A DNA stretch of 64,000 nucleotides from Ohtaekwangia sp. (GTDB taxonomy: Bacteria; Bacteroidota; Bacteroidia; Cytophagales; Cyclobacteriaceae): the NCBI RefSeq assembly GCF_036568665.1, contig NZ_DATCSD010000313.1, positions 1,569-65,568 on the forward strand, written 5' to 3'. The notes under the pieces are model-generated. The model saw only the letters and a program-made list of their open reading frames with translations, did not search any database and was not told the origin of the DNA. The translations under genes were made by a program, and so were the position numbers. This document shows positions 38,672 to 47,448 of the stretch, piece after piece. The first letter of the stretch is position 1. Each line of letters begins with the position of its first letter.

Positions 38672-40015
38672 TTATATACGTTGCTTCCGGATCTCTGCGG
38701 AATTCACGGTATATAAAATTATCATCCCGATAACAAAGTATAGTCCGAGGGCCAGTGCGCTATAGCGCATGCTTCCGGTTATATGGTCGATAAAGCCATA
38801 CGAAAATGTTCCAAACACAATCGAGAGGTTATAGGTAACATCGTAGAAGCTGAAGTAAGAAGCATGATCGTTCGTATCGCGTGGTATAAGTTTCGAATAT
38901 GTTGCCCGCGAGAGCGATTGTATACCTCCCATGACCATACCCACAACAAACGCCAGCGCATAAAACTGGTAAGCATTTACCGTGAGGTAAGCCCCTATAC
39001 ATATACCGATCCAGATGATGATCATGGTGCTGATCGCAAAGCGGTTTCCCTGTGACTGCGACACCCTGGCGAACAGCCACGCACCGATTGAACCCACCAG
39101 TTGGATAATTACTACGGTAGCAATCAGACTTCCGGTTTCCAGGTGCAGCACATCGGTGCCGAACAACGTAGCGAGATACATAACCGTTTGCACGCCCATG
39201 TTGTAAAAGAAAAATGCAGCCAGGTATCGCTTCAGGTCCTGCTGGCTCTTCAGGTTTCGCCATACCATACGCAGTTCTTCATATCCTTTTGTCCAGATGT
39301 TGCCGGTAGGTTTTCTTCCGTACGGATTCTCCGGAAGTATAGCAAAAGGTATCATGGAAAAACCAATCCACCACACACCCACCAGCAGAAACGAAAAGCG
39401 TGTAGCCTCACCGTCATTGGCAAAACCAAAAGGTTCAAAGTTCAGGATCATTACTGTGCAGATCACCATGAGTATAACACTGCCGTAATATCCCATGGAG
39501 TAACCACGCGCACTGGTTGCATCAAAACGATCTTTACTGACAATCTCGGGAAGAAACGCATCGTAAAATACAAGGCTGCCGGAATAACCTATACTGGCCA
39601 GTATAGAACAAGCTATACCCCACTCCAACATATCTATACTATCAAAGAAATATAGCCCTATGCACGATAAACTTCCGAGGTATACAAAAACCTTCATAAA
39701 AGTTTTCTTCTTGCCGGTATAGTCAGCCGCACCCGAGAGTAATGGAAGTATAGCCGCTACTACCAGAAACGAAAACGACAAAGCATACGAGTATAGCACG
39801 GAGTTTTGAATGGTGAACCCCAGGAACTGCACCTGGTCACTCCCATTCGTTACAGCTACTGCTTTATAGTATATCGGGAAGATAGCCGTAGTAATAACCA
39901 GCGAGTATACCGAGTTGGCCCAGTCGTACATATACCAGGCACGTACAGTTTTCGGGTTGTTTAACTGTGCAGCAACACTTACTCCATTCATGGCATGGGA
40001 TGTTAAATCATTCAA
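38672..40015 (-). CDS. MFS transporter (UMF1/Atg22-like)
   Basis: AWYMYDWANS, FYDAFLPEI, SARGYSMGY.G, FFYNMGVQTV, GGIQSLSRATYSKLIP; about 12 TMs. Confidence 0.88.
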   Translation of the reverse strand: MNDLTSHAMNGVSVAAQLNNPKTVRAWYMYDWANSVYSLVITTAIFPIYYKAVAVTNGSDQVQFLGFTIQNSVLYSYALSFSFLVVAAILPLLSGAADYTGKKKTFMKVFVYLGSLSCIGLYFFDSIDMLEWGIACSILASIGYSGSLVFYDAFLPEIVSKDRFDATSARGYSMGYYGSVILMVICTVMILNFEPFGFANDGEATRFSFLLVGVWWIGFSMIPFAILPENPYGRKPTGNIWTKGYEELRMVWRNLKSQQDLKRYLAAFFFYNMGVQTVMYLATLFGTDVLHLETGSLIATVVIIQLVGSIGAWLFARVSQSQGNRFAISTMIIIWIGICIGAYLTVNAYQFYALAFVVGMVMGGIQSLSRATYSKLIPRDTNDHASYFSFYDVTYNLSIVFGTFSYGFIDHITGSMRYSALALGLYFVIGMIILYTVNSAEIRKQRI

Positions 40016-40022
40016 GATACAA

Positions 40023-41039
40023 TTATTTTACTTGCGTGGACTCGCGGATAACGAGTTTGCTTTTCACAATCCGTTTTTCCGGTTTCATATCCTGGTGGCG
40101 GATGTGGTTGATCAATATCTCGGCAGCACTTGCTCCGATATCGTGAGCCGGATGATCGATGCTGCTAAGCGAAGGCTCTACAAAACGACACAGGTTTTCG
40201 TTGTTAAAGCCCAGCACCGCTACATCGTTTGGAATGCGCAAGCCATTCTTCTTCATCATGTGCATCATCTCAATGGCAGCATAATCGTTAATGGCAAATA
40301 TAGCATCCGGACGCTGCGGTAAATTAAGCAGGTAACGTGTATACTCTTCTACTTTATCGCTGCGATAATAAGCATGCACAATGTTGGAATCTTTTATCTG
40401 CAGGTTATGCTTGCGTAAGGCATCCAGATATCCGTTCAACCGGCCGCGACTATTCTGTAAATGTTCAGGCCCGGCTACAAATGCTATGCGCTGACAGCCT
40501 TGTTCAATGAGGTGCTCTGTTCCTTCCATCGCCACTTCATAATTATTCGTTACTACCTGCGAAGCTTCTACATCTTCAAACACGCGATCGAAAAATACCA
40601 GCGGTATACCTTTTTCCGTCAGTGAAGTAAAGTGTTCAAAACGATCTGTCTCGGTTGAAACAGAAACAATAATACCATCCACTCTGCTGGATACTAAAGA
40701 ATGAATGTTCTTCTTCTCGGATATATAGGACTCGTTCGATTGGCAAATCATTACATTCATGCCCGCCATCTCTGCTTGCTTTTGTATACCGCCAACAGCA
40801 CGCGCAAAGAAGCGGTTGATGGTTTCAGGAACGATCACACCAATCGTGTTGGTTTTTTGCTGCTTGAGATTTATAGCCAGTGTGTTGGGTTCGTATTGCA
40901 ACTGACCGGCCAGATCAAGAACCTTCTTTTTGGTTTCCGGATGTATATCGGAGCGACCGGCCAGTGCGCGTGATACGGTTGACTTGGAAATGCCCAGCAT
41001 GCGGGCGATGTCTTTGATCGTTGTTACTTTCTTCTGCAT
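40023..41039 (-). CDS. LacI-family transcriptional regulator
   Basis: TIKDIARMLGISKSTVSRAL HTH, Y.PN..A..L hinge, and a periplasmic-binding-protein-like effector domain (PDAIFAIND). Confidence 0.95.
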   Translation of the reverse strand: MQKKVTTIKDIARMLGISKSTVSRALAGRSDIHPETKKKVLDLAGQLQYEPNTLAINLKQQKTNTIGVIVPETINRFFARAVGGIQKQAEMAGMNVMICQSNESYISEKKNIHSLVSSRVDGIIVSVSTETDRFEHFTSLTEKGIPLVFFDRVFEDVEASQVVTNNYEVAMEGTEHLIEQGCQRIAFVAGPEHLQNSRGRLNGYLDALRKHNLQIKDSNIVHAYYRSDKVEEYTRYLLNLPQRPDAIFAINDYAAIEMMHMMKKNGLRIPNDVAVLGFNNENLCRFVEPSLSSIDHPAHDIGASAAEILINHIRHQDMKPEKRIVKSKLVIRESTQVK

Positions 41040-41091
41040 AAAGTGCCTGCAGGAAAATCAGGATTGGGTTAAAGATAAAAATTTTTCGTTC

Positions 41092-41133
41092 CCGTTCCCG
41101 GGAACGGTCTCGGAAAAATATTTTCGAAAATAT
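41092..41133. promoter_or_regulatory. Two perfect 16-bp CG-centred palindromes; candidate operators
   Basis: CCGTTCCCGGGAACGG (41092-41107) and ATATTTTCGAAAATAT (41118-41133) in the lacI/ECF divergent gap. Confidence 0.5.
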
Positions 41134-41197
41134 ACGTATGACCGCATGAAAGTTTGAAAAAAAGACGAAAATTAGAACAATCAATCGATTTCGTAAC

Positions 41198-41806
41198 ATG
41201 GATAAGTCTCTAACCAAAGTAGTCTCCGGTTCGGCACTCCCTCTAAATTTCCCGGGAAATTCATCCAAACAGTTTGATATAGACCTGTTGATGGAGCGCG
41301 TTCTCCGGGAGAATGATTACCTGGCATTTCAAAAATTATTTAACGGCATGTATACTCCGCTCTGCATGTTCTGTGTAAAGTTCGTGCAGGTAAAAGAAGT
41401 AGCCGAAGAGTTGGTGAGCGATGTATTCTATACTATATGGAAGAATCGTCAGCAAATCGAGATATCATCTCCCAAAGCTTATCTCTTCACAGCAGTGCGC
41501 AACAGGGCCTTCGACCATCTGCGCAAGATCAAGAAGACTGTATGGTGCGACCTGGAGGAAGCCACGCAAATGGCAACCGAGATAGCCGACAGCCAGGAGT
41601 TACTTATTCAGCAGGAATTTAATCGTCATGTAGAGAAATCCGTAGCACGACTGCCACGCCAGTGCCGATTGATCTTCGAAATGAGCCGCGAACATGGATT
41701 CAAGTATAAAGAGATCGCGAGCGCCCTTAACATCAGCATCAAAACCGTAGAAACACAAATGAGTCGCGCGCTGAAGCACCTGCGTGGTTCCTTGCAAACT
41801 ACCTGA
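41198..41806 (+). CDS. ECF RNA polymerase sigma factor
   Basis: AFQKLF, AEELVSDVFYTIW, KAYLFTAVRNRAFDHLR, LPRQCRLIFEMSR..GFKYKEIA..LNISIKTVETQMSRALK. Confidence 0.93.
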   Translation: MDKSLTKVVSGSALPLNFPGNSSKQFDIDLLMERVLRENDYLAFQKLFNGMYTPLCMFCVKFVQVKEVAEELVSDVFYTIWKNRQQIEISSPKAYLFTAVRNRAFDHLRKIKKTVWCDLEEATQMATEIADSQELLIQQEFNRHVEKSVARLPRQCRLIFEMSREHGFKYKEIASALNISIKTVETQMSRALKHLRGSLQTT

Positions 41807-41856
41807 CGTTCCCCCAAATTCTTTACAGAAAATTGAAGCTATAGAACCTTTTCAAA

Positions 41857-41890
41857 TAAGGGTAATCCAAAACTAAATTCGTCTTTTCAT
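41857..41890 (+). promoter_or_regulatory. Candidate ECF-dependent promoter of the anti-sigma gene
   Basis: TAAGGGTA...N...CGTC, with 17 nt between GGG and CGTC. It resembles bipartite motifs I associate with Bacteroidota ECF-fecR junctions (inference). Confidence 0.35.
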
Positions 41891-41904
41891 AGTATACAGC
41901 TTCG

Positions 41905-42141
41905 ATGAAAAGACTCAACGAGCAGGATTGGTCTCTTATTAGCCGTTATCTTAACGCAGACGTAAGCGAGCAGGATATGGCGCAACTTGATTCGATCTGG
42001 GCGGAGAACCCTGCTCTCAAATCAAGGATCGATGCGTTATGGCAAAGTAAAACTTCCACCAGTTTCTCTCCTGAGGATTTCGATGCCATCAAAGCTTTTC
42101 AAAAACTGCACGAGCGTCTTCAGCGCGAAGACCTGATCTGA
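41905..42141 (+). pseudogene. FecR-like anti-sigma N-terminal domain only (truncated, or a mini anti-sigma), 78 aa
   Basis: Directly follows the ECF gene. LISRYL..DVSEQD..LD..WAEN...LW...AF.KLHERL resembles the FecR anti-sigma domain. It stops before any TM or FecR domain and overlaps the convergent kinase end by 22 nt. Confidence 0.6.
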
Positions 42142-43415
42142 TCATCAAAATATACTATAAATGAATGCCGGTCATCGGTATAGCTATAGCGAATGGTATA
42201 GCCGGCATGATCGCAGATCTTTTTCACAATAGCCAACCCCAGGCCTACACCTTTACCGGGTTTACTCTGCTTGTTGAAGCGCTCAAAGATACGCTCCGGA
42301 GCAATGATTAAGGGTTTACCACTGTTGGCTACCAACAACTGATCGGCAGAAAGTTTTACAATTACTTCTCCATTCTCATGGGTGTGATGATATGCGTTAC
42401 CCACAAGATTGGTAATAAGAACTTCTACCAGCACCCTGTTGGCATATAGTGTGCAAGAGTCAATCTCGTGTTTGGCATGAATGGTTATGTTTGATGTAAG
42501 CAGACCAAAGTTCTCGAGTTGTTTGAGCATGATTGGTTTTAAGTCTATCATCTCCCGCTCAGGGAACTGATCATTTTCAATCTTAGACAACAACAGCAGG
42601 TTCTTGTTCAGTCTTGATAGTCGTTGATTGGTTTCGAGTAAATCTTTTACCAGTTCAGCCTGCTCTTCGGTTAACTGCCTACTCTGCATCAGTGAATCAA
42701 GCTTTACCTGAAATATAGCGAGCGGTGTTTGTAGCTCATGCGAAGCATTTTCAATGAACTCCTTCTGCTGTATGAATACTTGTTTATTACGGTCTGTCAA
42801 TTGCCGCACGGCATTGTTCAAGTCATCAAACTCAATGATCTCCGTTTGCTCATACTCAAACGATTCATTCTTATCCAGTTCATAAGCTTTCAGCTTGGTA
42901 AGTGTTTTATAGAACGGTTGCCATATACGCTTGGAGAGTGAACGGTTTATCAGGATCATACCAATAGTAAGCAACATTAAAAGCAACGCCACAACGGTAA
43001 CGATAGCCGCCACCAGGTCATCATTATCCAGAAGCGACAAGCGGGTGGTGAGTAAATACGGATGTCCTTTTACAAGAATACTGGATTGCAACTCGCGATA
43101 AGGTTTTGTTTCCTGATCGAGGCTGTCATAAATAAATACCGTGCTATACTGCATACCACTTCGCGGGAAAGAATCCTGCACGATATCCACATCATACGAC
43201 AGTTGTTCAAATACCTGCAAGTCAAATTCAAGATCATCGAGATATTCGAAACTCTTGATGTGATTGACAAACTGATCATGATGTGTAAGCAATGTTTCAT
43301 CTACCTCCTCCTCCAATAAAGTATGGATAGCCAGGAACGAAATAGGAATCGTAACCAACACCAGTATAAATGAATATAACAGGAAGTTTCGTAAACTGAA
43401 ATTCAGCAGCCTCAT
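42120..43415 (-). CDS. Sensor histidine kinase
   Basis: Two TMs, FIENASHELQTPL H-box, NLVGNA N-box, IFERF, G.GLGLAIVKKIC. Confidence 0.95.
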   Translation of the reverse strand: MRLLNFSLRNFLLYSFILVLVTIPISFLAIHTLLEEEVDETLLTHHDQFVNHIKSFEYLDDLEFDLQVFEQLSYDVDIVQDSFPRSGMQYSTVFIYDSLDQETKPYRELQSSILVKGHPYLLTTRLSLLDNDDLVAAIVTVVALLLMLLTIGMILINRSLSKRIWQPFYKTLTKLKAYELDKNESFEYEQTEIIEFDDLNNAVRQLTDRNKQVFIQQKEFIENASHELQTPLAIFQVKLDSLMQSRQLTEEQAELVKDLLETNQRLSRLNKNLLLLSKIENDQFPEREMIDLKPIMLKQLENFGLLTSNITIHAKHEIDSCTLYANRVLVEVLITNLVGNAYHHTHENGEVIVKLSADQLLVANSGKPLIIAPERIFERFNKQSKPGKGVGLGLAIVKKICDHAGYTIRYSYTDDRHSFIVYFDDQIRSSR

Positions 43416-44086
43416 GCCGTAAATTTATAGCCAAGTCCGTAAACTGTTTTTATATAGTCGGCACAACCTGCATCGGCAAGTTTCTTCTTCAGGTTCTTCA
43501 TGTGCGTGTAGATAAAATCAAAGTTATCCATAAAGTCGGCATCATCGCCTGTAAGATTTTCTGCGATCGCGTTCTTCGATACCACGCGATCTTTGTTGGC
43601 AACCAGAAACAGAAGCAGATCAAACTCCTTGCGGGTAACAACGATCGGTTTGTTATTCACCGTTATAGTCTTGGCTGCCGTATCGATCCTGATCTCGTTA
43701 AACTCAACGATGCTGGAGCCACTGAACTGCCGTCTGCGAATGATCGCCTGCACACGCGCTATCAACTCCGCCATGTGAAAAGGCTTTGCCAGGTAATCGT
43801 CTGCACCGAGATTTAATCCAACCACCTTATCATCAATAGAATTTTTTGCCGATACAATGATAACACCGTTCGTTTTACCAATTCGTTTCAACTCTTGCAA
43901 TATCTGAAGACCGCTCCCACCGGGTAAAGATATATCGAGCAGTATACAATCATAGTCGTGCGCCACAACCTTATCCATAGCCGTCTCATAATCATTTGCC
44001 TGCTCGCACAAATAATTTTCAGAACGCAAAAATTCCGCCATGCTATCCGCCAGCTCCATCTCATCTTCTATAATCAATACCTTCAT
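43412..44086 (-). CDS. OmpR-family response regulator
   Basis: KVLIIEDE, LLDISLPGGSG, GADDYLAKPF, TRKEFDLL, IKTVYGLGYKF; 4-nt overlap with the kinase gene. Confidence 0.95.
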   Translation of the reverse strand: MKVLIIEDEMELADSMAEFLRSENYLCEQANDYETAMDKVVAHDYDCILLDISLPGGSGLQILQELKRIGKTNGVIIVSAKNSIDDKVVGLNLGADDYLAKPFHMAELIARVQAIIRRRQFSGSSIVEFNEIRIDTAAKTITVNNKPIVVTRKEFDLLLFLVANKDRVVSKNAIAENLTGDDADFMDNFDFIYTHMKNLKKKLADAGCADYIKTVYGLGYKFTA

Positions 44087-44098
44087 CTTTTCGGGTCT

Positions 44099-44935
44099 TT
44101 ATTTCTTCTTTCCCAACCACAACAAAGCATCTACAATCATCTGATCCTGTATAGCATTACCAAACGTAAGTGATAATTCTTTATTGGTGCCGTGTTCATA
44201 ATCTATATCGTTGTGCCCCATGTTCAAATATAGCATCCTATATTTCGTATTCGTCCACACTACCGGGTAATAGCCGCTGTGCCATATCTCGTGTTGTTTG
44301 GGTCCGGTGCCGAGCGGAAAACTGGCCGGGTCTATCGAGAGCAATATTTTGATGTCATGGTTTTTCGTGAGATCTTTTTCCCAGCTATACCATTCGCTGG
44401 GAGACGACTTGAATGTTGCCGGTAAATGCTGTGTGACCGGATGTTTTTTATCTTCCACTTTTAATATAGCAGACGTTGGTCGCCAGGTATTTCCTTTGTA
44501 CTGCCCCGCTCCTATAAATTGATTGTGGTACCAATCCCAGTTCTGCGGATAAGCAGAGGGTGTAAGCGCAAAACCGGCAAAGTGAAAACCGATCCATCCG
44601 CCACCATGCTCTATATATTTTTGAAAAGCCACACGTTGTGCCGCAGAATCCGGACGTGTATCCAGAAACACTACCACCTGGTAACGCGACAGGTATTTCT
44701 CATTCAGGTTATCCCAATTGTTAGTGGAGTCATAGGTAAAATTATACTTGCCTGCCATAGCAGCAAACCACTTGTTGGCTTCGTGCACAAAGCTGATGTG
44801 CGCCTGATCCTGTTTAGCTGTATAAAATCCTACAACATGAAAGGTTGAAGAAGGTTGTGCCCATGCATCAGAGAACAACACACACAACACACCGAGTAAA
44901 ATTATGCGAGTAAGGCGCTTCATGGATATAGTCAT
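44099..44935 (-). CDS. ThuA-like (class I GATase-like) secreted protein
   Basis: Signal peptide; YQVVVFL, FQKYIEHGGGWIGFHFA, EWY.W, YPVVW, YLNMGH. Confidence 0.8.
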   Translation of the reverse strand: MTISMKRLTRIILLGVLCVLFSDAWAQPSSTFHVVGFYTAKQDQAHISFVHEANKWFAAMAGKYNFTYDSTNNWDNLNEKYLSRYQVVVFLDTRPDSAAQRVAFQKYIEHGGGWIGFHFAGFALTPSAYPQNWDWYHNQFIGAGQYKGNTWRPTSAILKVEDKKHPVTQHLPATFKSSPSEWYSWEKDLTKNHDIKILLSIDPASFPLGTGPKQHEIWHSGYYPVVWTNTKYRMLYLNMGHNDIDYEHGTNKELSLTFGNAIQDQMIVDALLWLGKKK

Positions 44936-44990
44936 AACTGTTTTTAGATTGATCGAATTTAGGTATTTAATCCAATTCAGCAGGGAAAGT

Positions 44991-45022
44991 AAAATAAAAA
45001 GCCCCGAAAAAATCGAGGCTTT
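44991..45022 (-). terminator. Intrinsic terminator after the araC-like gene
   Basis: Minus strand reads AAAGCCTCGA TTTTT TCGGGGCTTT followed by TTATTTT. Confidence 0.65.
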
Positions 45023-45048
45023 GGTTATACGGTATAAACTTGTTGCTA

Positions 45049-45858
45049 TCAGATTCTCGAGGGTGCCTTGCCATACATTTTTTTGAAGGCAAACGAAAAG
45101 TGCGACAGATCCTGAAACCCCAACTCAAGATATACTTCCGAAGGTGCAGCGCCCTTTTCTTTGATCAGGTAATGTGCCTCCTGTAATCTTCGTTGTTGCA
45201 ACCACCGGCTGGGAGAACTGTGAAAGATCTTCTCAAAGTCGCGCTTGAATGTAGCTAGGCTTCTGCCTGTGAGATATGCAAATCGTTTCAACTCTACATT
45301 GAAATGAAAATTACGATTCATAAATGCTTCCAGGTCGATCTTGCCCGGATCGGTAAAATCAAACAGCACATTCTTCATCTCCGGATTTACCTGCAGCAAA
45401 AGCAACACTGCTTCTCTCATCTTCAACGACAACAATTTATCATTACCGGGTTGTTGCAGTTGCTCATAAGGCCGCAGCGAATTCATATAGCTTTCATATA
45501 GTATATCCGACTTCAGCGGTACAATTACGTCATCGGCCGCTGGTCCATCAGCTTTATAGCCATACTCCATACCAATCTCCCGCAGAGCTTCCTGATCCAG
45601 GTAGATGGATACTGATTTGAACTCTCCCTGCGCTGGTGGCAGTTTGGTAAATTTTACCAGCGAGTTTCGCTTGCAAAAACGAAAATCTCCCGGGTTGAAC
45701 GTATGCACCTTGTCTCCATCGTTCAGGAAAAGTGTACCCGTCAATTGGTAACTGAAAACATGTTCCTTTACAAACTGCTCTCCCTCATGGTTACGGGTAT
45801 AATAGCAGGAATATACTATAGGTGCAGACTTGCTGACCTTGTTTACTGCTTCAGGCAT
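45049..45858 (-). CDS. AraC-family transcriptional regulator (ExsA-like N-terminus)
   Basis: FMNRNF..N..LKRFAYLTGRSLATFKRDF..IF..SP.RWL..RRL.EA..L...EVYLELGF.DLSHFSFAFKKMYG. Confidence 0.93.
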   Translation of the reverse strand: MPEAVNKVSKSAPIVYSCYYTRNHEGEQFVKEHVFSYQLTGTLFLNDGDKVHTFNPGDFRFCKRNSLVKFTKLPPAQGEFKSVSIYLDQEALREIGMEYGYKADGPAADDVIVPLKSDILYESYMNSLRPYEQLQQPGNDKLLSLKMREAVLLLLQVNPEMKNVLFDFTDPGKIDLEAFMNRNFHFNVELKRFAYLTGRSLATFKRDFEKIFHSSPSRWLQQRRLQEAHYLIKEKGAAPSEVYLELGFQDLSHFSFAFKKMYGKAPSRI

Positions 45859-45961
45859 ATATCAAATATATAAATACCAACAGAATAGCGAATCGTTATT
45901 TATGCCAAACACGCCAGCACCGTTAGCAACCGCTTATTGTTTGTTTGATTAGCAAAGTGTT

Positions 45962-46846
45962 TTATCCTTTTTGTGGAACAAATGCTTTTCCTTCTGCGGT
46001 TTCCAGGAAATTTACCGCGTTGTCGTGGTCGGTGGAAACACTCACATTCATCCACTGCTCCAGTTCGGCACCTCTCGCCTCATTCGCCTGCTTTAACATA
46101 CCGATGGCTTCACTACCCAACACCAGATGTACAGGAGGCTTCGGGTGGCTGGCCAGATCAACCATTACTTTCGCAGCTTTATCCGGATCGCCCATTGGTA
46201 CATAAGCGCCTTTACGCAGGAAGTTCACTACAAAATCAACTGTAGATTCATAGCCTTCTACGTGCTCGGTAAAGGTCATGGAAGCACCACCCCAATCGGT
46301 GCGAAAACCTCCCGGCTCTACCGATGTTACATATATACCCAAAGGTGCCACTTCTCTGGCGAGTGCTTCACTAAAACCACTCAAACCAAATTTAGCAGCC
46401 TGATACATGGTAAGACCAGGATTACCGATGCGACCGCCTATAGAACTGATCTGTAGTATACGGCCAGCTCGCTGCTTGCGCATATAGGGCAACACCGCGC
46501 GAGTTACTTCAATCGGTCCATACAGATTTGTTTCTAACTGACTGCGCACTTGTTCATCGGTAAATGCTTCGGCTGCTCCTGTTATACCAAAGCCTGCATT
46601 GTTTACCAACACATCAATTTTACCAAAGTGTTTTATACCTTGTGCTACAGCAGTATGTATCTGTGCTTTATCGGTAACATCCATTGCTGCCGGGTAAATC
46701 TGTTCACCGAATTTCTTCACCAGGTCACTCAACTGCTCAGGCTTGCGCGCTGTTGCAATCACGTTATCACCACTGGCTAACACGGCCTCGGTCAGGCTTT
46801 TTCCCAATCCGCGGGAACTGCCTGTTATAAACCAAACTTTTGTCAT
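45962..46846 (-). CDS. Short-chain dehydrogenase/reductase
   Basis: VWFITGSSRGLG, IDVLVNNAG, ISSIGG, YQAAK catalytic YxxxK, VEPGGFRT. Confidence 0.95.
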   Translation of the reverse strand: MTKVWFITGSSRGLGKSLTEAVLASGDNVIATARKPEQLSDLVKKFGEQIYPAAMDVTDKAQIHTAVAQGIKHFGKIDVLVNNAGFGITGAAEAFTDEQVRSQLETNLYGPIEVTRAVLPYMRKQRAGRILQISSIGGRIGNPGLTMYQAAKFGLSGFSEALAREVAPLGIYVTSVEPGGFRTDWGGASMTFTEHVEGYESTVDFVVNFLRKGAYVPMGDPDKAAKVMVDLASHPKPPVHLVLGSEAIGMLKQANEARGAELEQWMNVSVSTDHDNAVNFLETAEGKAFVPQKG

Positions 46847-47448
46847 TGCGTTTTTGATTTTTGTTTACACAAAGCTCGGCAGTAACCTTCCTCTTAACTT
46901 TGCTAAAAGGCTCAAAGTTCATTTGTTCAAACGCTCACGCGAATTTTTCTTATAGCATACCCAAGACCTGTAAACAACAGCACTTTTCTCTTTGTTATAG
47001 AAACGGAAACCAATAGCATACTATCGCTGCCAGGTATATATCATTTGTGTCTGCCTTCAGCAATTACCTGCGCTTCTAAAAAATGCCGGGTTCCTTGCAG
47101 AAATTGATTTTAAAGTAGTAGATTTATTTACATGCCGGATGTATAGGAGAGATTATTAGCATTATCAACCAGTCTCTTCAGCCGCCCGGCACCCTACCTC
47201 CTGCCTGCTCATCCTTTTGCCGACAGCGGGGTATATATATAGTTTTGGCTGAACCCGCTGACTTCAGAATTTGCCGGCACGTTGACGTGAGATACATCCC
47301 AGGAAGCCGGCGACAAGCTAAAAATAGTTACTGGAAATTTTCAACGTTGATGTTACGATGATATCGCTCTGCTTCCCTGCTCATCCATCTGTAGCCGCCA
47401 TCTGTCCGGATACGTTGAGGACAAACCTGATTTTCAAAAAGACTCGTT

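Noticed and set aside
46847-47448. 600-bp intergenic region as a riboswitch or sRNA
   Set aside because: I found only a short CAGCGGG/CCCGCTG stem and no recognisable aptamer motifs. An Rfam scan would be needed to exclude one.
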